Source of the DNA: Litoreibacter sp.
GTDB lineage: Bacteria; Pseudomonadota; Alphaproteobacteria; Rhodobacterales; Rhodobacteraceae
DNA length: 64,000 nucleotides
NCBI RefSeq assembly: GCF_039974535.1
Contig: NZ_JBDWIU010000012.1
Location: 135,045-199,044, forward strand
Reading direction: 5' to 3'
Under the pieces are notes generated by a model. It ran no database searches. It was given only the letters and a program-made list of their open reading frames with translations, and had not been told where the DNA came from. Made by a program: the position numbers and the translations under genes. This document shows, piece by piece, positions 25,707 to 35,125 of the stretch. How positions within the stretch are numbered: position 1 is the first letter of the stretch; each line of letters starts with the position of its first letter.

Positions 25707-27082
25707 TCCACCTTGTAAGGCAGGGTGTCGCGTTGGTCGTGGTCAACGGTAAGCTTGCTTTCCAGCGGTGGGACGGAGCGTTGGTGGCATTCTTTTCGTG
25801 GACAAATGCGGCAGGAAATCCCTATGGGTTCAAAGGCTTGTGCGCCGGCAGGAAGCATATCATCGGCGTAGACGATTTCACTGGCGTGGGTCATCTCGCA
25901 ACCCAATGCGATGGCATAGCGGCGCGTAGGAGCCGTGAAGCTGCCCCCCGGTTTTGAGACGTCGCGTGCGATGGAGATGTAGCGCACGCCATCGGGGGTT
26001 TCGGCCAATTGGCGCAAGAATCGCCCCGGGGTTTCGAACGCGCGGTGGACGTTCCACAGGGGACAGGGGCCGCCGAAGCGCGCGAATTGTAACCGCGTGG
26101 CGGAATGGCGTTTGGTGATGGTGCCCGCCTGATCCACGCGCACGAAGAAGAAGGGTATGCCTTTTGCGCGGGGGCGCTGCAGGGTCGAGAGGCGGTGGGC
26201 GACTTGCTCGATTGAGGCGCCGAATTGATCGGCGAGCTGTTCCAGATCGTGGCGCGTGGATTGCGCGGCCTCTAGGAAGGCGGTGTAGGGCATCAAGGTC
26301 GCGCCCGCGAAGTAATTAGCCATGCCAATCTTGGCGATATGACGAGCGGCGTCGGTTTGGAACCGCGCGAGGTCCAAAGTTGCGTCCAAAAGCTCATTTT
26401 GTTCGAGAAGCGCAATCTGGTGCAGCAGCTGAAAGCGCTGTGTCGACGGCGCGGAGCTGGCTGCAAGCCGGAGTGTGTTGCTGGCCGTGTCATAGGCGCG
26501 AATTTGTTTTGAGTCAGAGAACTGCAAGTCAAAGTTCAACGCATCACTGCGCAAAACGTCGCCGCCAATGGTGCTGGCAAACCGTTCGGCCGCGTGATCC
26601 ACCGCATCGATGTAATTGTCGCAATAGTGAAAGAAGTCTCGGACCTCTTCCCACGGGCTGGGCTGCAAATTCGTGGCTTCTTGGCCCAAAACCTCGTCCA
26701 AAGAGGCCAGCCGCTCATGGGTTTGGCGATAGGCGCGGTGCAGCTCGATAAAGGCGCGCGACAGGGCTGGGGCGTTGGAGGCGGCAAGGCGTAAATCGGC
26801 CAAAGGCGGGGCGATTTCGGCGAAGATCGGGTCGGATAGGGCCTCAGACATATCGGTGACCATGCGTTCCGCGTCGCCGGTCGACAGCTCGGTGACGTCG
26901 AAGCCGAACTCGCTGGCCATAGCAAGGACCACGGCAGTGGAGACAGGCCGATTGTTGTTTTCCATCTGGTTGAGATAGGGCAGGGATACGCCGAGCTTTT
27001 CTGCAAAAGCCTTTTGAGTCAGCCCCATACGGGTGCGAAGTTCACGTAGTTTTGTGCCAGCATAGAGTTTTCGAGGGGCCAT
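25703..27082 (-). CDS. pccR: Short-chain fatty acyl-CoA regulator (XRE HTH + DUF955 + DUF2083), PccR-type
   Basis: KLRELR...LTQ..FA..LGVS..YLNQMENN.RP; ANYFAGA.LMPY; RFGG.CPLWN.H; C-terminal C..C.R..C.QR; adjacent to pccB. Confidence 0.88.
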   Translation of the reverse strand: MAPRKLYAGTKLRELRTRMGLTQKAFAEKLGVSLPYLNQMENNNRPVSTAVVLAMASEFGFDVTELSTGDAERMVTDMSEALSDPIFAEIAPPLADLRLAASNAPALSRAFIELHRAYRQTHERLASLDEVLGQEATNLQPSPWEEVRDFFHYCDNYIDAVDHAAERFASTIGGDVLRSDALNFDLQFSDSKQIRAYDTASNTLRLAASSAPSTQRFQLLHQIALLEQNELLDATLDLARFQTDAARHIAKIGMANYFAGATLMPYTAFLEAAQSTRHDLEQLADQFGASIEQVAHRLSTLQRPRAKGIPFFFVRVDQAGTITKRHSATRLQFARFGGPCPLWNVHRAFETPGRFLRQLAETPDGVRYISIARDVSKPGGSFTAPTRRYAIALGCEMTHASEIVYADDMLPAGAQAFEPIGISCRICPRKECHQRSVPPLESKLTVDHDQRDTLPYKVD

Positions 27083-27094
27083 GTCGCACGCGCC

Positions 27095-27132
27095 TTTGCA
27101 GTTTTGCTACCTCCGAGCATAACCTTTGCAAA
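27095..27132. promoter_or_regulatory. TTTGCA repeats upstream of pccR (probable PccR sites)
   Basis: TTTGCAGT-TTTGCTAC and TTTGCAAA; the 13-mer TTTGCAGTTTTGC is identical upstream of pccB. Confidence 0.7.
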
Positions 27133-27140
27133 CTACATTC

Positions 27141-28355
27141 TCAAGTCGCGGCGATTGCCTTCTCACGGCGTAGGACGAAGGTGATGGCGAAGAGGCTGGC
27201 AATCGCGCTCAGGAGCATGACCCATTGTAATGGGAAGCTGCCGTTGCCGCCTTCCAGTAGTGCGCCTGACAGTGCCGCTAACGCTGCGCCACCGCCGATC
27301 ATAATAGCGCCGCCCACGCCTGATGCCGTGCCCGCGAGGTGGGGGCGTACGGACAAAAGGCCTGCGTTCGAATTGGGTAGAACCAAGCCGTTGCCCAAGC
27401 CCACGAAGGTGCAAAACCCGAAGAAGGTGAAGGCAGACCCAAAGCCCGTAGCGGTCACGATCAGCGACCCCGCCATGCCGACCACAAGGATGATGCAGCC
27501 GATAAGGATCATCCGGTTTACCCCGATACGCACAGCATATCGTCCGGTGAAGAGGTTGCCTGCAAAGTAGCCCAGTGCAGGCACGCCAAACAGGTAGCGG
27601 GACGTCGTAGATGGTAGCTCATAAACCACGGAGGCCACATAGGGGGAGCCACCGAGGAAGGCAAAGAACGCACCAGAGGCGAAGGCTGCAGACAGGGCAT
27701 AGCCCCAAAAGCGCGGCGAGGTGAAAAGCTCTGGGTAATCGCGGATCTGAGCGATGAAGCTGACGGATTTCGCCTTATTTGTCTCACCTTGGTCGGCCCA
27801 GCAAAGCCATGCCAACCCGATGCCAAAGGCGAAGGTGAACAAGAAGATGGCGCGCCAGCCGAACAGCTCATCAATAAAGCCGCCGACCGTTGGGGCGAAC
27901 ATTGGGACCAGCGACATGCCCATCGTTACATACCCCATGGTTGAGGCCGATTCTTCCATCGGGACAACGTCGCGCACGATGGCGCGTGACATCACCATGC
28001 CCACCGCCACGCTGGCGCCGATCATGCGAAACGTTAAAAACACTTCGATTGTGGGGGAGAAGTAGCATCCAAGGGATGCGGCGGAGAAGACGCCAAGCGC
28101 GCCCATCACTACGGGGCGGCGGCCGTAGCGGTCGGATAACGGCCCGATCAGAATTTGAAGCACCGCCGTGCAAGCTAAGTACAGCGAGATCGATAATTGC
28201 ATCACGCCATATTCCGTATTGAACGCCTCGGTCATGACCGGAAGGGACGGCAGGAATATAGACATGTTCATGGCTGACACTCCAGCGAGGAGGACAAGCG
28301 TAATGAGATGTGGCGGGGTGGCGCGATCAAATAGCCGCGCTGATGAATAACTCAT
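27141..28355 (-). CDS. Bcr/CflA family MFS drug-resistance transporter
   Basis: About 12 TM; GPLSDRYGRRPV motif A; AIVRD. Confidence 0.92.
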   Translation of the reverse strand: MSYSSARLFDRATPPHLITLVLLAGVSAMNMSIFLPSLPVMTEAFNTEYGVMQLSISLYLACTAVLQILIGPLSDRYGRRPVVMGALGVFSAASLGCYFSPTIEVFLTFRMIGASVAVGMVMSRAIVRDVVPMEESASTMGYVTMGMSLVPMFAPTVGGFIDELFGWRAIFLFTFAFGIGLAWLCWADQGETNKAKSVSFIAQIRDYPELFTSPRFWGYALSAAFASGAFFAFLGGSPYVASVVYELPSTTSRYLFGVPALGYFAGNLFTGRYAVRIGVNRMILIGCIILVVGMAGSLIVTATGFGSAFTFFGFCTFVGLGNGLVLPNSNAGLLSVRPHLAGTASGVGGAIMIGGGAALAALSGALLEGGNGSFPLQWVMLLSAIASLFAITFVLRREKAIAAT

Positions 28356-28407
28356 GTGGCGGACGATAGGCGGCGAAATTTGGAAGGTGAACCCATTAGT
28401 TTAGTTA

Positions 28408-28463
28408 TTTGCAGTTTTGCAGTTATCAGTTCAAGAATTTTGCATTATTTGCAAATTTGCCGT
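28408..28463. promoter_or_regulatory. Array of five TTTGC(A) sites upstream of pccB (PccR operator)
   Basis: TTTGCAGT x2, TTTGCATT, TTTGCAAA, TTTGCCGT. TTTGCAAA is the described Rhodobacter PccR core. Confidence 0.75.
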
Positions 28464-28528
28464 TTGATCCTTTGCCGCAGCGCGGCACATGTGTAGGTTC
28501 ATTGTAACTAGAACGGGAGCCCCGCGCC

Positions 28529-30061
28529 ATGAGTGATATCCTTAGTGAACTTGAAGATCGCCGCGATGCGGCCCGCCAAGGCGGGGGCGAGCGTCGCATC
28601 GCTGCACAGCACGCCAAAGGTAAGCTGACAGCGCGTGAGCGGATCGAGCTACTGCTTGATGAGGGTAGCTTTGAAGAGTTCGACATGTTTGTGGCGCATC
28701 GCTGCACTGATTTTGGCATGGAAAAAGATCGCCCTGCGGGTGACGGCGTCGTGACAGGCTGGGGTACGGTCAATGGGCGTCTTGTCTATGTGTTCTCGCA
28801 GGACTTCACGGTGTTCGGTGGCTCCTTGTCGGAAACCCACGCACAGAAGATTTGCAAAATCCAAGACATGGCCATTCAAAACGGCGCGCCGGTGATTGGG
28901 ATTAACGATTCCGGTGGTGCACGGATTCAAGAAGGGGTGGCTTCTTTGGCAGGCTACGCAGAAGTGTTCCAACGCAACATCATGGCCTCGGGGGTCGTCC
29001 CGCAGATCAGTCTGATAATGGGGCCATGTGCTGGTGGCGCGGTTTATTCGCCTGCGATGACGGACTTTATCTTCATGGTAAAGGACTCCTCCTACATGTT
29101 TGTCACCGGACCTGACGTGGTCAAAACGGTGACCAATGAGGTTGTGACGGCAGAAGAGTTGGGCGGGGCTAGCACGCATACCAAGAAGTCCTCGGTTGCG
29201 GATGGCGCGTTTGAGAACGATGTGGAGGCCTTGGCCGAAGTGCGTCGCTTGGTGGATTTCTTGCCGCTGAACAACCGTGAAAAGGCCCCGGTGCGCCCGT
29301 TCTTTGACGATCCAGCTCGCCTTGAGGCGAGCCTTGATACATTGGTGCCTGCCAATGCCAACACGCCTTACGATATGAAGGAGCTGATTGTTAAGCTGGC
29401 TGATGAGGGCGATTTTTTTGAGATACAGGAAGAATTTGCGAAGAATATCCTAACTGGCTTTATCCGCCTAGAAGGGCAGACCGTTGGTGTGGTTGCCAAT
29501 CAGCCGATGGTTTTGGCGGGATGCTTGGATATCGACAGCTCGCGCAAGGCCGCGCGGTTTGTGCGGTTCTGCGATGCGTTTGAAATTCCGATCCTGACCT
29601 TGGTGGATGTACCGGGCTTCTTGCCAGGGACGTCCCAAGAATATGGCGGCGTGATCAAACATGGCGCGAAATTGCTGTTTGCATATGGCGAGGCGACCGT
29701 GCCGAAAGTGACAGTGATCACCCGCAAAGCGTATGGCGGGGCTTATGACGTGATGGCCTCCAAACACTTACGCGGTGACTTCAACTACGCATGGCCCACC
29801 GCCGAGATTGCGGTGATGGGGGCCAAGGGGGCGGTGGAAATCTTGTACCGTTCTGAGCTGGGCGATGCAGAGAAGATCGCGGAACGCACTGCAGATTATG
29901 AAGACCGCTTTGCCAACCCGTTTGTCGCGGCCGAGAAGGGCTTCATCGACGAGGTGATCATGCCCCATTCCACCCGTCGCCGCGTGGCGCGGGCCTTTGC
30001 GTCCTTGCGGGGCAAGTCGCTGAAGAACCCCTGGAAGAAGCACGACAATATTCCATTATGA
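28529..30061 (+). CDS. pccB: Propionyl-CoA carboxylase beta subunit
   Basis: [47 protein letters not shown]. Confidence 0.97.
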   Translation: MSDILSELEDRRDAARQGGGERRIAAQHAKGKLTARERIELLLDEGSFEEFDMFVAHRCTDFGMEKDRPAGDGVVTGWGTVNGRLVYVFSQDFTVFGGSLSETHAQKICKIQDMAIQNGAPVIGINDSGGARIQEGVASLAGYAEVFQRNIMASGVVPQISLIMGPCAGGAVYSPAMTDFIFMVKDSSYMFVTGPDVVKTVTNEVVTAEELGGASTHTKKSSVADGAFENDVEALAEVRRLVDFLPLNNREKAPVRPFFDDPARLEASLDTLVPANANTPYDMKELIVKLADEGDFFEIQEEFAKNILTGFIRLEGQTVGVVANQPMVLAGCLDIDSSRKAARFVRFCDAFEIPILTLVDVPGFLPGTSQEYGGVIKHGAKLLFAYGEATVPKVTVITRKAYGGAYDVMASKHLRGDFNYAWPTAEIAVMGAKGAVEILYRSELGDAEKIAERTADYEDRFANPFVAAEKGFIDEVIMPHSTRRRVARAFASLRGKSLKNPWKKHDNIPL

Positions 30062-30068
30062 GGCTCGT

Positions 30069-30464
30069 ATGACCGAATTTCACAATATATCTGACGCGCC
30101 TACGCATGTTGCCCCGTTCTCTCATGCGGTGGAAAGTGATGGCTGGGTGATCCTTACAGGCCAGATGCCGACCAAACCGGGCGGAGCCACGACGGACCCG
30201 CTTGATGAGGGCGTGGAGGCGCAGACACGCCAAGTTATGCTGAACTTAGAGACAGTACTGAAAGGTATAGGCTTGGACCTGAGCCATGTCGTGCAATGCC
30301 GCTGCTTCCTTACCGAATTTGAACGCGATTACGCGACGTTCAACGAAACCTACAAAAGCTTCTTCCCAGCTGACCGTTTACCTGCGCGCACTACGGTGGG
30401 GGTGACGGCTTTGGCCGTTGGTGCATTGGTTGAGATTGATTGCGTCGCGAGGCGGCCGGAATGA
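30069..30464 (+). CDS. RidA/YjgF family protein
   Basis: PFSHAV, TGQ, LPARTTVGV..L..GALVEIDC. Confidence 0.92.
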   Translation: MTEFHNISDAPTHVAPFSHAVESDGWVILTGQMPTKPGGATTDPLDEGVEAQTRQVMLNLETVLKGIGLDLSHVVQCRCFLTEFERDYATFNETYKSFFPADRLPARTTVGVTALAVGALVEIDCVARRPE

Positions 30465-30862
30465 AGCTAGCGGCATTGGCATTGTTGATCGGGACTGGGG
30501 CGGCGTCGGCTGAACAGGATGCATTGATTGCGTTATCTGACGTGCAATATCAGCGCCATGAGGTGCTATTTGAACCCGCCGGTGCTTATGAAGCGGTTCG
30601 TAGGGTGGTGCGATTGCGATTGGTGGCAAACGAAATCGCAGACCAGAGCAATTTTGGATTCGACGTGATTGAACGTGACATTCAGTCGCTCTGTGACACC
30701 GAAGGGCTTAGAATCGTTAGCAAGTTCGCACCCAATGCAACTGAAATTGTAATCTCTGTAGCCGCTGAAAAGACGGTATTCGGCGAACCCGCGCCGAGCA
30801 TTGTTCAGTACTTTGATGTCTTCTCAGTGGTCGATGGAACCTGTGTTTGGGGTGGTTTATGA
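30461..30862 (+). CDS. Secreted conserved protein (DUF6497-like); start ATG 30461
   Basis: ATGA overlap with the ridA stop; signal peptide; D...LC...G, FG...P...QYFD.F...DG.C.W. Confidence 0.72.
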   Translation: MKLAALALLIGTGAASAEQDALIALSDVQYQRHEVLFEPAGAYEAVRRVVRLRLVANEIADQSNFGFDVIERDIQSLCDTEGLRIVSKFAPNATEIVISVAAEKTVFGEPAPSIVQYFDVFSVVDGTCVWGGL

Positions 30863-31076
30863 CATTTAATCAATGCCTTAATGGTGGATATACACCTCAA
30901 AATTCGATTGTTGCATTAGCAACACGTCCTGCAATCGATGCATCTGAGATATATTTTTTCTTCAATAGAACAGCTACCTTGCGTCGAGGTTACATTTCTG
31001 TGACCCCTAATGTGTGCGAAGAAGGAGTGGGGATTAGCCCCATTAGTGATTCGTCAGATCAAAACAGGAGACTCAG

Positions 31077-31208
31077 ATGTCCAAGAGCATCAAAGCACTC
31101 GCAGCCTTTGGCTTCGTTGCAATCGTCGCAGCATGCGGCGGCCAACAAGAAGAAGAAGTTGTTATTGTTGAACCAGTTGTTGAAGAAACAACTTACAGCA
31201 AGTTCTAA
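31077..31208 (+). CDS. 43-aa lipoprotein (not in the ORF track)
   Basis: ACAGGAG SD; MSKSIKALAAFGFVAIVAAC-GGQQEEEVVIVEPVVEETTYSKF; lipobox VAAC; followed by a terminator. Confidence 0.88.
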   Translation: MSKSIKALAAFGFVAIVAACGGQQEEEVVIVEPVVEETTYSKF

Positions 31209-31215
31209 TACTACA

Positions 31216-31250
31216 TTTGCGGGGCGGGCTTTTCGCATCGCCCCGCAAAA
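31216..31250 (+). terminator. Hairpin after the 43-aa lipoprotein gene
   Basis: TTTGCGGGGCG...CGCCCCGCAAA. Confidence 0.75.
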
Positions 31251-31391
31251 CCCTACCGGCCAGACAACGCAATTTGCGAATGCGGCCTCTTCCCAGACAT
31301 TCAACAATACCATGCCGCCGATCCGCCCTCGTGCGCTCCGTTCGCGTGCCCATGTGGGCTGGCGTTGCGGCATCACTACTCAGGTGACACC

Positions 31392-31751
31392 ATGTTAAAA
31401 CACAAGGGCTTTCCTTCGCGCCTTCCGGGCAGCGATTTCCAGTTTACGATTCGTCGCGACAACAAAAGTGGCCCAACCCCGATCAAAGCCCGAGAGCGGT
31501 TTGCCGACCGCCGTCCTGCCGACCGCCGTGCCGACGCTGGTTTCATCTGGGCCTTGGTGCAGCATTTCGGTGAAGAGCCGTTTGAGCGGGGGAATTTGGA
31601 CGCTGGTCGTCTGAGCTGGCTTTTTGGCCGCGAGGTTATTGCAGCAGAGGATCCTTTCGATCCAGCGAGTTACGATGCGTTGATGCGCATCGACTATCGC
31701 CGCGTGCAGGCGTCGTTCCCCAATGCATTTGCTGAAGAGTTCATTGAATAA
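31392..31751 (+). CDS. Conserved hypothetical protein; start ATG 31392
   Basis: AGGTG SD; LKHKGFPSRLPGSDFQFTIRR...FERGNLDAGRLSWLFGRE; typical codon usage. Confidence 0.82.
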   Translation: MLKHKGFPSRLPGSDFQFTIRRDNKSGPTPIKARERFADRRPADRRADAGFIWALVQHFGEEPFERGNLDAGRLSWLFGREVIAAEDPFDPASYDALMRIDYRRVQASFPNAFAEEFIE

Positions 31752-31924
31752 TGAGCGATATCGCGCTGCCATATCTGAAATTTGGGCGAAAGGACGCTTA
31801 CTTTTGTGTTGTTCGCTTTTTGGAGTTTCTTACCGACACGGCGCATCGCATCGTTCCTATGCAAGCCAGTTGCACAATCCCAGCAGCTAGCTTGCAAATA
31901 CAAGACCGTTACCCTTCCCCCCTA

Positions 31925-31959
31925 AGGAGGTCTGTTCATTTGAGCAGACCTCTTTTTTT
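31925..31959 (+). terminator. Strong intrinsic terminator in the 31752-32106 intergenic region
   Basis: AGGAGGTCTGTTCA-TT-TGAGCAGACCTCT followed by a U-run. Confidence 0.85.
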
Positions 31960-32106
31960 GCGCAAGGCTATGCACGGGCAAAATTGTGCCGACTTCAATA
32001 CAAGGTTTCGCGCAACTCTTCGCCCGAATGGCCATGCGTACAAAAAGATGATTTCAAATGATGCGTCCTCGTATTGGGTCTCCTTGAACAACCAAGGAGA
32101 TACCTC

Positions 32107-32307
32107 ATGCGAAAATCATTCATCGCCGCCACATGTCTTTTTACAACATTTGCTCTATCCGCCTGCGATAACGACGCCGAGCGCGGCCTTGTCGGCGCAG
32201 GGGCAGGGGCGGTGGTCGCTTCGGCCACTGGTGGATCGACCCTTACTGGGGCAATCTTGGGTGGTGCTGCGGGCGTGTTCTGCGACGACGCAGGCGTCTG
32301 CAAGTAA
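32107..32307 (+). CDS. 66-aa glycine-zipper lipoprotein
   Basis: AAGGAG SD; lipobox LSAC; GAGAGAVVA..TGGS.LTGAILGGAAG; C-terminal C-x5-C. Confidence 0.9.
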   Translation: MRKSFIAATCLFTTFALSACDNDAERGLVGAGAGAVVASATGGSTLTGAILGGAAGVFCDDAGVCK

Positions 32308-32337
32308 CTTATCGACGAAAATTAACCGAACCAACAG

Positions 32338-32373
32338 GGCCGAGGTGTGCGTTCGCACGCCTCGGCCTTTTTT
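32338..32373 (+). terminator. Intrinsic terminator between the glycine-zipper lipoprotein and pccA
   Basis: GGCCGAGG...CCTCGGCC plus U6. Confidence 0.82.
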
Positions 32374-32421
32374 GATGCAAGACCCCCAGCCTCAAAGCTG
32401 GGTAACAGGGGACCTTTCCTA

Positions 32422-34422
32422 ATGTTCAAGAAAATCCTGATTGCCAACCGTGGCGAGATTGCCTGCCGTGTCATCAAGACCGCCCGAAAAATGGGCATCA
32501 AGACGGTGGCGATTTACTCGGACGCCGATGCGCAAGCGTTGCATGTGCAAATGGCGGATGAGGCTGTGCATATTGGGCCGCCCCCTGCGAACCAATCCTA
32601 CATCGTGATCGACAAGGTCATGCAGGCTATCAAGGACACGGGCGCGGAAGCCGTGCACCCAGGCTACGGCTTCTTGTCTGAGAACGCCAAATTCGCCGAA
32701 GCGCTAGAAGCCGCTGGCGTTGCCTTCATCGGGCCACCTAAGGGCGCGATCGAGAAGATGGGGGATAAGATCACCTCGAAGAAGATCGCCCAAGAGGCAG
32801 AGGTCTCCACGGTGCCGGGTCATATGGACCTGATCGAGGATGCGGATGAGGCGGTGAAAATCTCCACGCAGATTGGCTATCCGGTGATGATTAAAGCCTC
32901 CGCGGGCGGCGGCGGCAAGGGGATGCGCATCGCGTGGAACGACGATGAGGCCCGCGAAGGGTTTCAATCCTCTAAGAACGAGGCCGCGAATTCCTTTGGC
33001 GATGATCGCATCTTTATTGAGAAATTCGTCACCCAACCGCGCCACATTGAAATTCAGGTGCTGGCCGACGCGCATGGCAACTGCATCTATCTGGGCGAGC
33101 GCGAATGCTCCATTCAGCGCCGCCAGCAAAAGGTGATTGAGGAAGCGCCGTCGCCTTTCTTGGACGAGGCAACCCGCAAGGCCATGGGCGAGCAGTCTTG
33201 TGCCTTGGCACAAGCCGTGGGTTACACTTCTGCGGGCACGGTGGAATTCATCGTTGATGGCGACCGCAACTTCTATTTCTTGGAAATGAACACTCGTTTG
33301 CAGGTTGAGCACCCAGTGACCGAGCTGATCACCGGCGTCGACTTGGTTGAACAGATGATCCGCGTGGCTTACGGCGAGAAGCTGAAGCTGGCGCAAAAAG
33401 ACATCAAGCTGAACGGCTGGGCGATGGAATCGCGCCTCTATGCCGAAGATCCGTATCGTGGCTTCTTGCCGTCGATTGGCCGTCTGACCAAATACCGCCC
33501 ACCGGCGGAGAAGGCCAACGACAAACGCGCGGTGCGCAATGACACAGGCGTCTATGAGGGCGGCGAGATCTCGATGTATTACGATCCGATGATCGCCAAG
33601 CTGTGCTCATGGGGACCAACCCGCGCCGAGGCTATTGAGCATATGCGCGTGGCGCTCGACAGCTTTGAGGTGGAGGGCATTGGCCACAACCTGCCGTTCT
33701 GTGCTGCCGTGATGGATCACCCGAAATTTGTGTCGGGCGATATTACAACCGCCTTCATCGAGGAAGAATATCCCGAAGGGTTCCAAGGGGTTGAGCTGCC
33801 AAAAGAGACATTGATGCGCATCGCATCCTCTGCCGCTGCGATGCACCGCGTGGCCGAAATTCGCCGCGCGCGTATCTCAGGCACCATGAACAACCACCGC
33901 CGCAAGGTGGGCAAGGATTGGGTTGTCACCCTGCAAGGCGAACGCTTTGACGTGAAGATCAAGGCGGACCCAAAGGGCGCCACGATCAAGCATGCGGATG
34001 GGACGACACAGCGCGTAACCTCCAAATGGACACCCGGTGACAGCCTAGCCAAGCTGAAGGTGGACGGCGAAAAGCTGGTGCTGAAGGTCGACAAGATCTC
34101 TGGCGGGTTCCGCGTGCGTCACCGCGGCGCGGAGCTAAAGGTGCATGTGCGCACCCCGCGTCAGGCGGAACTTGCGGGTTTGATGATCGAGAAGTTGCCG
34201 GCTGATACGTCGAAAATGCTGCTCTGCCCAATGCCGGGATTGATCGTCAAAGTAGATGTCGAAGTGGGGGATGAGATCGAGGACGGTCAAGCCCTATGCA
34301 CCGTTGAGGCGATGAAGATGGAAAACATCCTGCGGGCGGAACGCAAAGGCAAGGTCGCCAAGATCAACGCGGCCGCAGGGGACAACTTGGCGGTGGACGA
34401 CATCATTATGGAGTTCGAATAG
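32422..34422 (+). CDS. pccA: Propionyl-CoA carboxylase alpha subunit (biotin carboxylase + BCCP); start ATG 32422
   Basis: MFKKILIANRGEIA, RECSIQRR, EMNTRLQVEH, EAMKME biotinyl motif. Confidence 0.96.
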   Translation: MFKKILIANRGEIACRVIKTARKMGIKTVAIYSDADAQALHVQMADEAVHIGPPPANQSYIVIDKVMQAIKDTGAEAVHPGYGFLSENAKFAEALEAAGVAFIGPPKGAIEKMGDKITSKKIAQEAEVSTVPGHMDLIEDADEAVKISTQIGYPVMIKASAGGGGKGMRIAWNDDEAREGFQSSKNEAANSFGDDRIFIEKFVTQPRHIEIQVLADAHGNCIYLGERECSIQRRQQKVIEEAPSPFLDEATRKAMGEQSCALAQAVGYTSAGTVEFIVDGDRNFYFLEMNTRLQVEHPVTELITGVDLVEQMIRVAYGEKLKLAQKDIKLNGWAMESRLYAEDPYRGFLPSIGRLTKYRPPAEKANDKRAVRNDTGVYEGGEISMYYDPMIAKLCSWGPTRAEAIEHMRVALDSFEVEGIGHNLPFCAAVMDHPKFVSGDITTAFIEEEYPEGFQGVELPKETLMRIASSAAAMHRVAEIRRARISGTMNNHRRKVGKDWVVTLQGERFDVKIKADPKGATIKHADGTTQRVTSKWTPGDSLAKLKVDGEKLVLKVDKISGGFRVRHRGAELKVHVRTPRQAELAGLMIEKLPADTSKMLLCPMPGLIVKVDVEVGDEIEDGQALCTVEAMKMENILRAERKGKVAKINAAAGDNLAVDDIIMEFE

Positions 34423-34427
34423 ACCTT

Positions 34428-35003
34428 GTGACTTGGGCCGACTTCATAGACGCGCGGGTGCCGCAAGCCGTTGTGGGTGGTGTGTTTATTGCGCTCGGCT
34501 GGGTCTTTAACGGCTGGCAAAACCGCAAACGGGATCGCCGCCGCCGGCTTGAGCGGGTGCAAGACGTGCAAACCGCCCTGATTGCCGAGATTGATCATTA
34601 TGTCATGACGCTGAAGCTGTTTGATCTATCGGCCACTTGGTCGCGGATCGTCAGCGCGATGGAAGACGACAGCAGCTACATCCCCGCAGTGCCAAGCGAA
34701 CGGAATGACACGATTTTCGCGGCTTTGGTCGCGGATGTGCACATCCTGCCCGATCCGGTGATCCAGCCAGTGGTCGGGTACTACAATCAGGTGTTTGCGG
34801 TGGATGCGATCATTGACGACCTGCGCTCGGATTTGTTTCGCGAGATGGACCAAGTCCAGCGTATCGGCATGTACACCGACTACATCGCTTTGAAACAGGA
34901 AGCTTTGGCGCGTGGGGAAATGGCCCTAAAGGCGTTGCGCAACAGCACGGGGCGTGCTGCGAAACCTAATAGCCGGGGCGCGGGCCCGTCTGGCCAGTCA
35001 TAG
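34428..35003 (+). CDS. Hypothetical protein with N-terminal TM anchor and helical body
   Basis: GTG start 5 nt after the pccA stop; TM segment VVGGVFIALGWVF; normal codon usage. Confidence 0.75.
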   Translation: MTWADFIDARVPQAVVGGVFIALGWVFNGWQNRKRDRRRRLERVQDVQTALIAEIDHYVMTLKLFDLSATWSRIVSAMEDDSSYIPAVPSERNDTIFAALVADVHILPDPVIQPVVGYYNQVFAVDAIIDDLRSDLFREMDQVQRIGMYTDYIALKQEALARGEMALKALRNSTGRAAKPNSRGAGPSGQS

Positions 35004-35034
35004 GGGGAGGGGATTTTGGCGTCTTGTTCGACAT
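34966..35034 (-). CDS. Candidate 22-aa small protein MSNKTPKSPPPMTGQTGPRPGY
   Basis: GAGGTG SD 6 nt upstream and a TTGCGC-N17-TAGATT promoter at 35113-35085; not in the ORF track. Confidence 0.45.
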   Translation of the reverse strand: MSNKTPKSPPPMTGQTGPRPGY

Positions 35035-35084
35035 ATCACTCACCTCTTGGGGCTGCGGTAGGGCAGAATGCCGTTCCTGTCCTT

Positions 35085-35113
35085 AATCTAGCTGATTTTG
35101 TGTTAATGCGCAA
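35085..35113 (-). promoter_or_regulatory. Sigma70-type promoter TTGCGC-N17-TAGATT
   Basis: 17-nt spacer, GC directly before the -10; points toward the 22-codon ORF. Confidence 0.55.
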
Positions 35114-35125
35114 TGAAGCAAGGGC

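Noticed and set aside
31751-32422. 223-aa ORF spanning the pcc intergenic region
   Set aside because: It crosses two intrinsic terminators, overlaps the real glycine-zipper lipoprotein in another frame, and has no recognisable domain.
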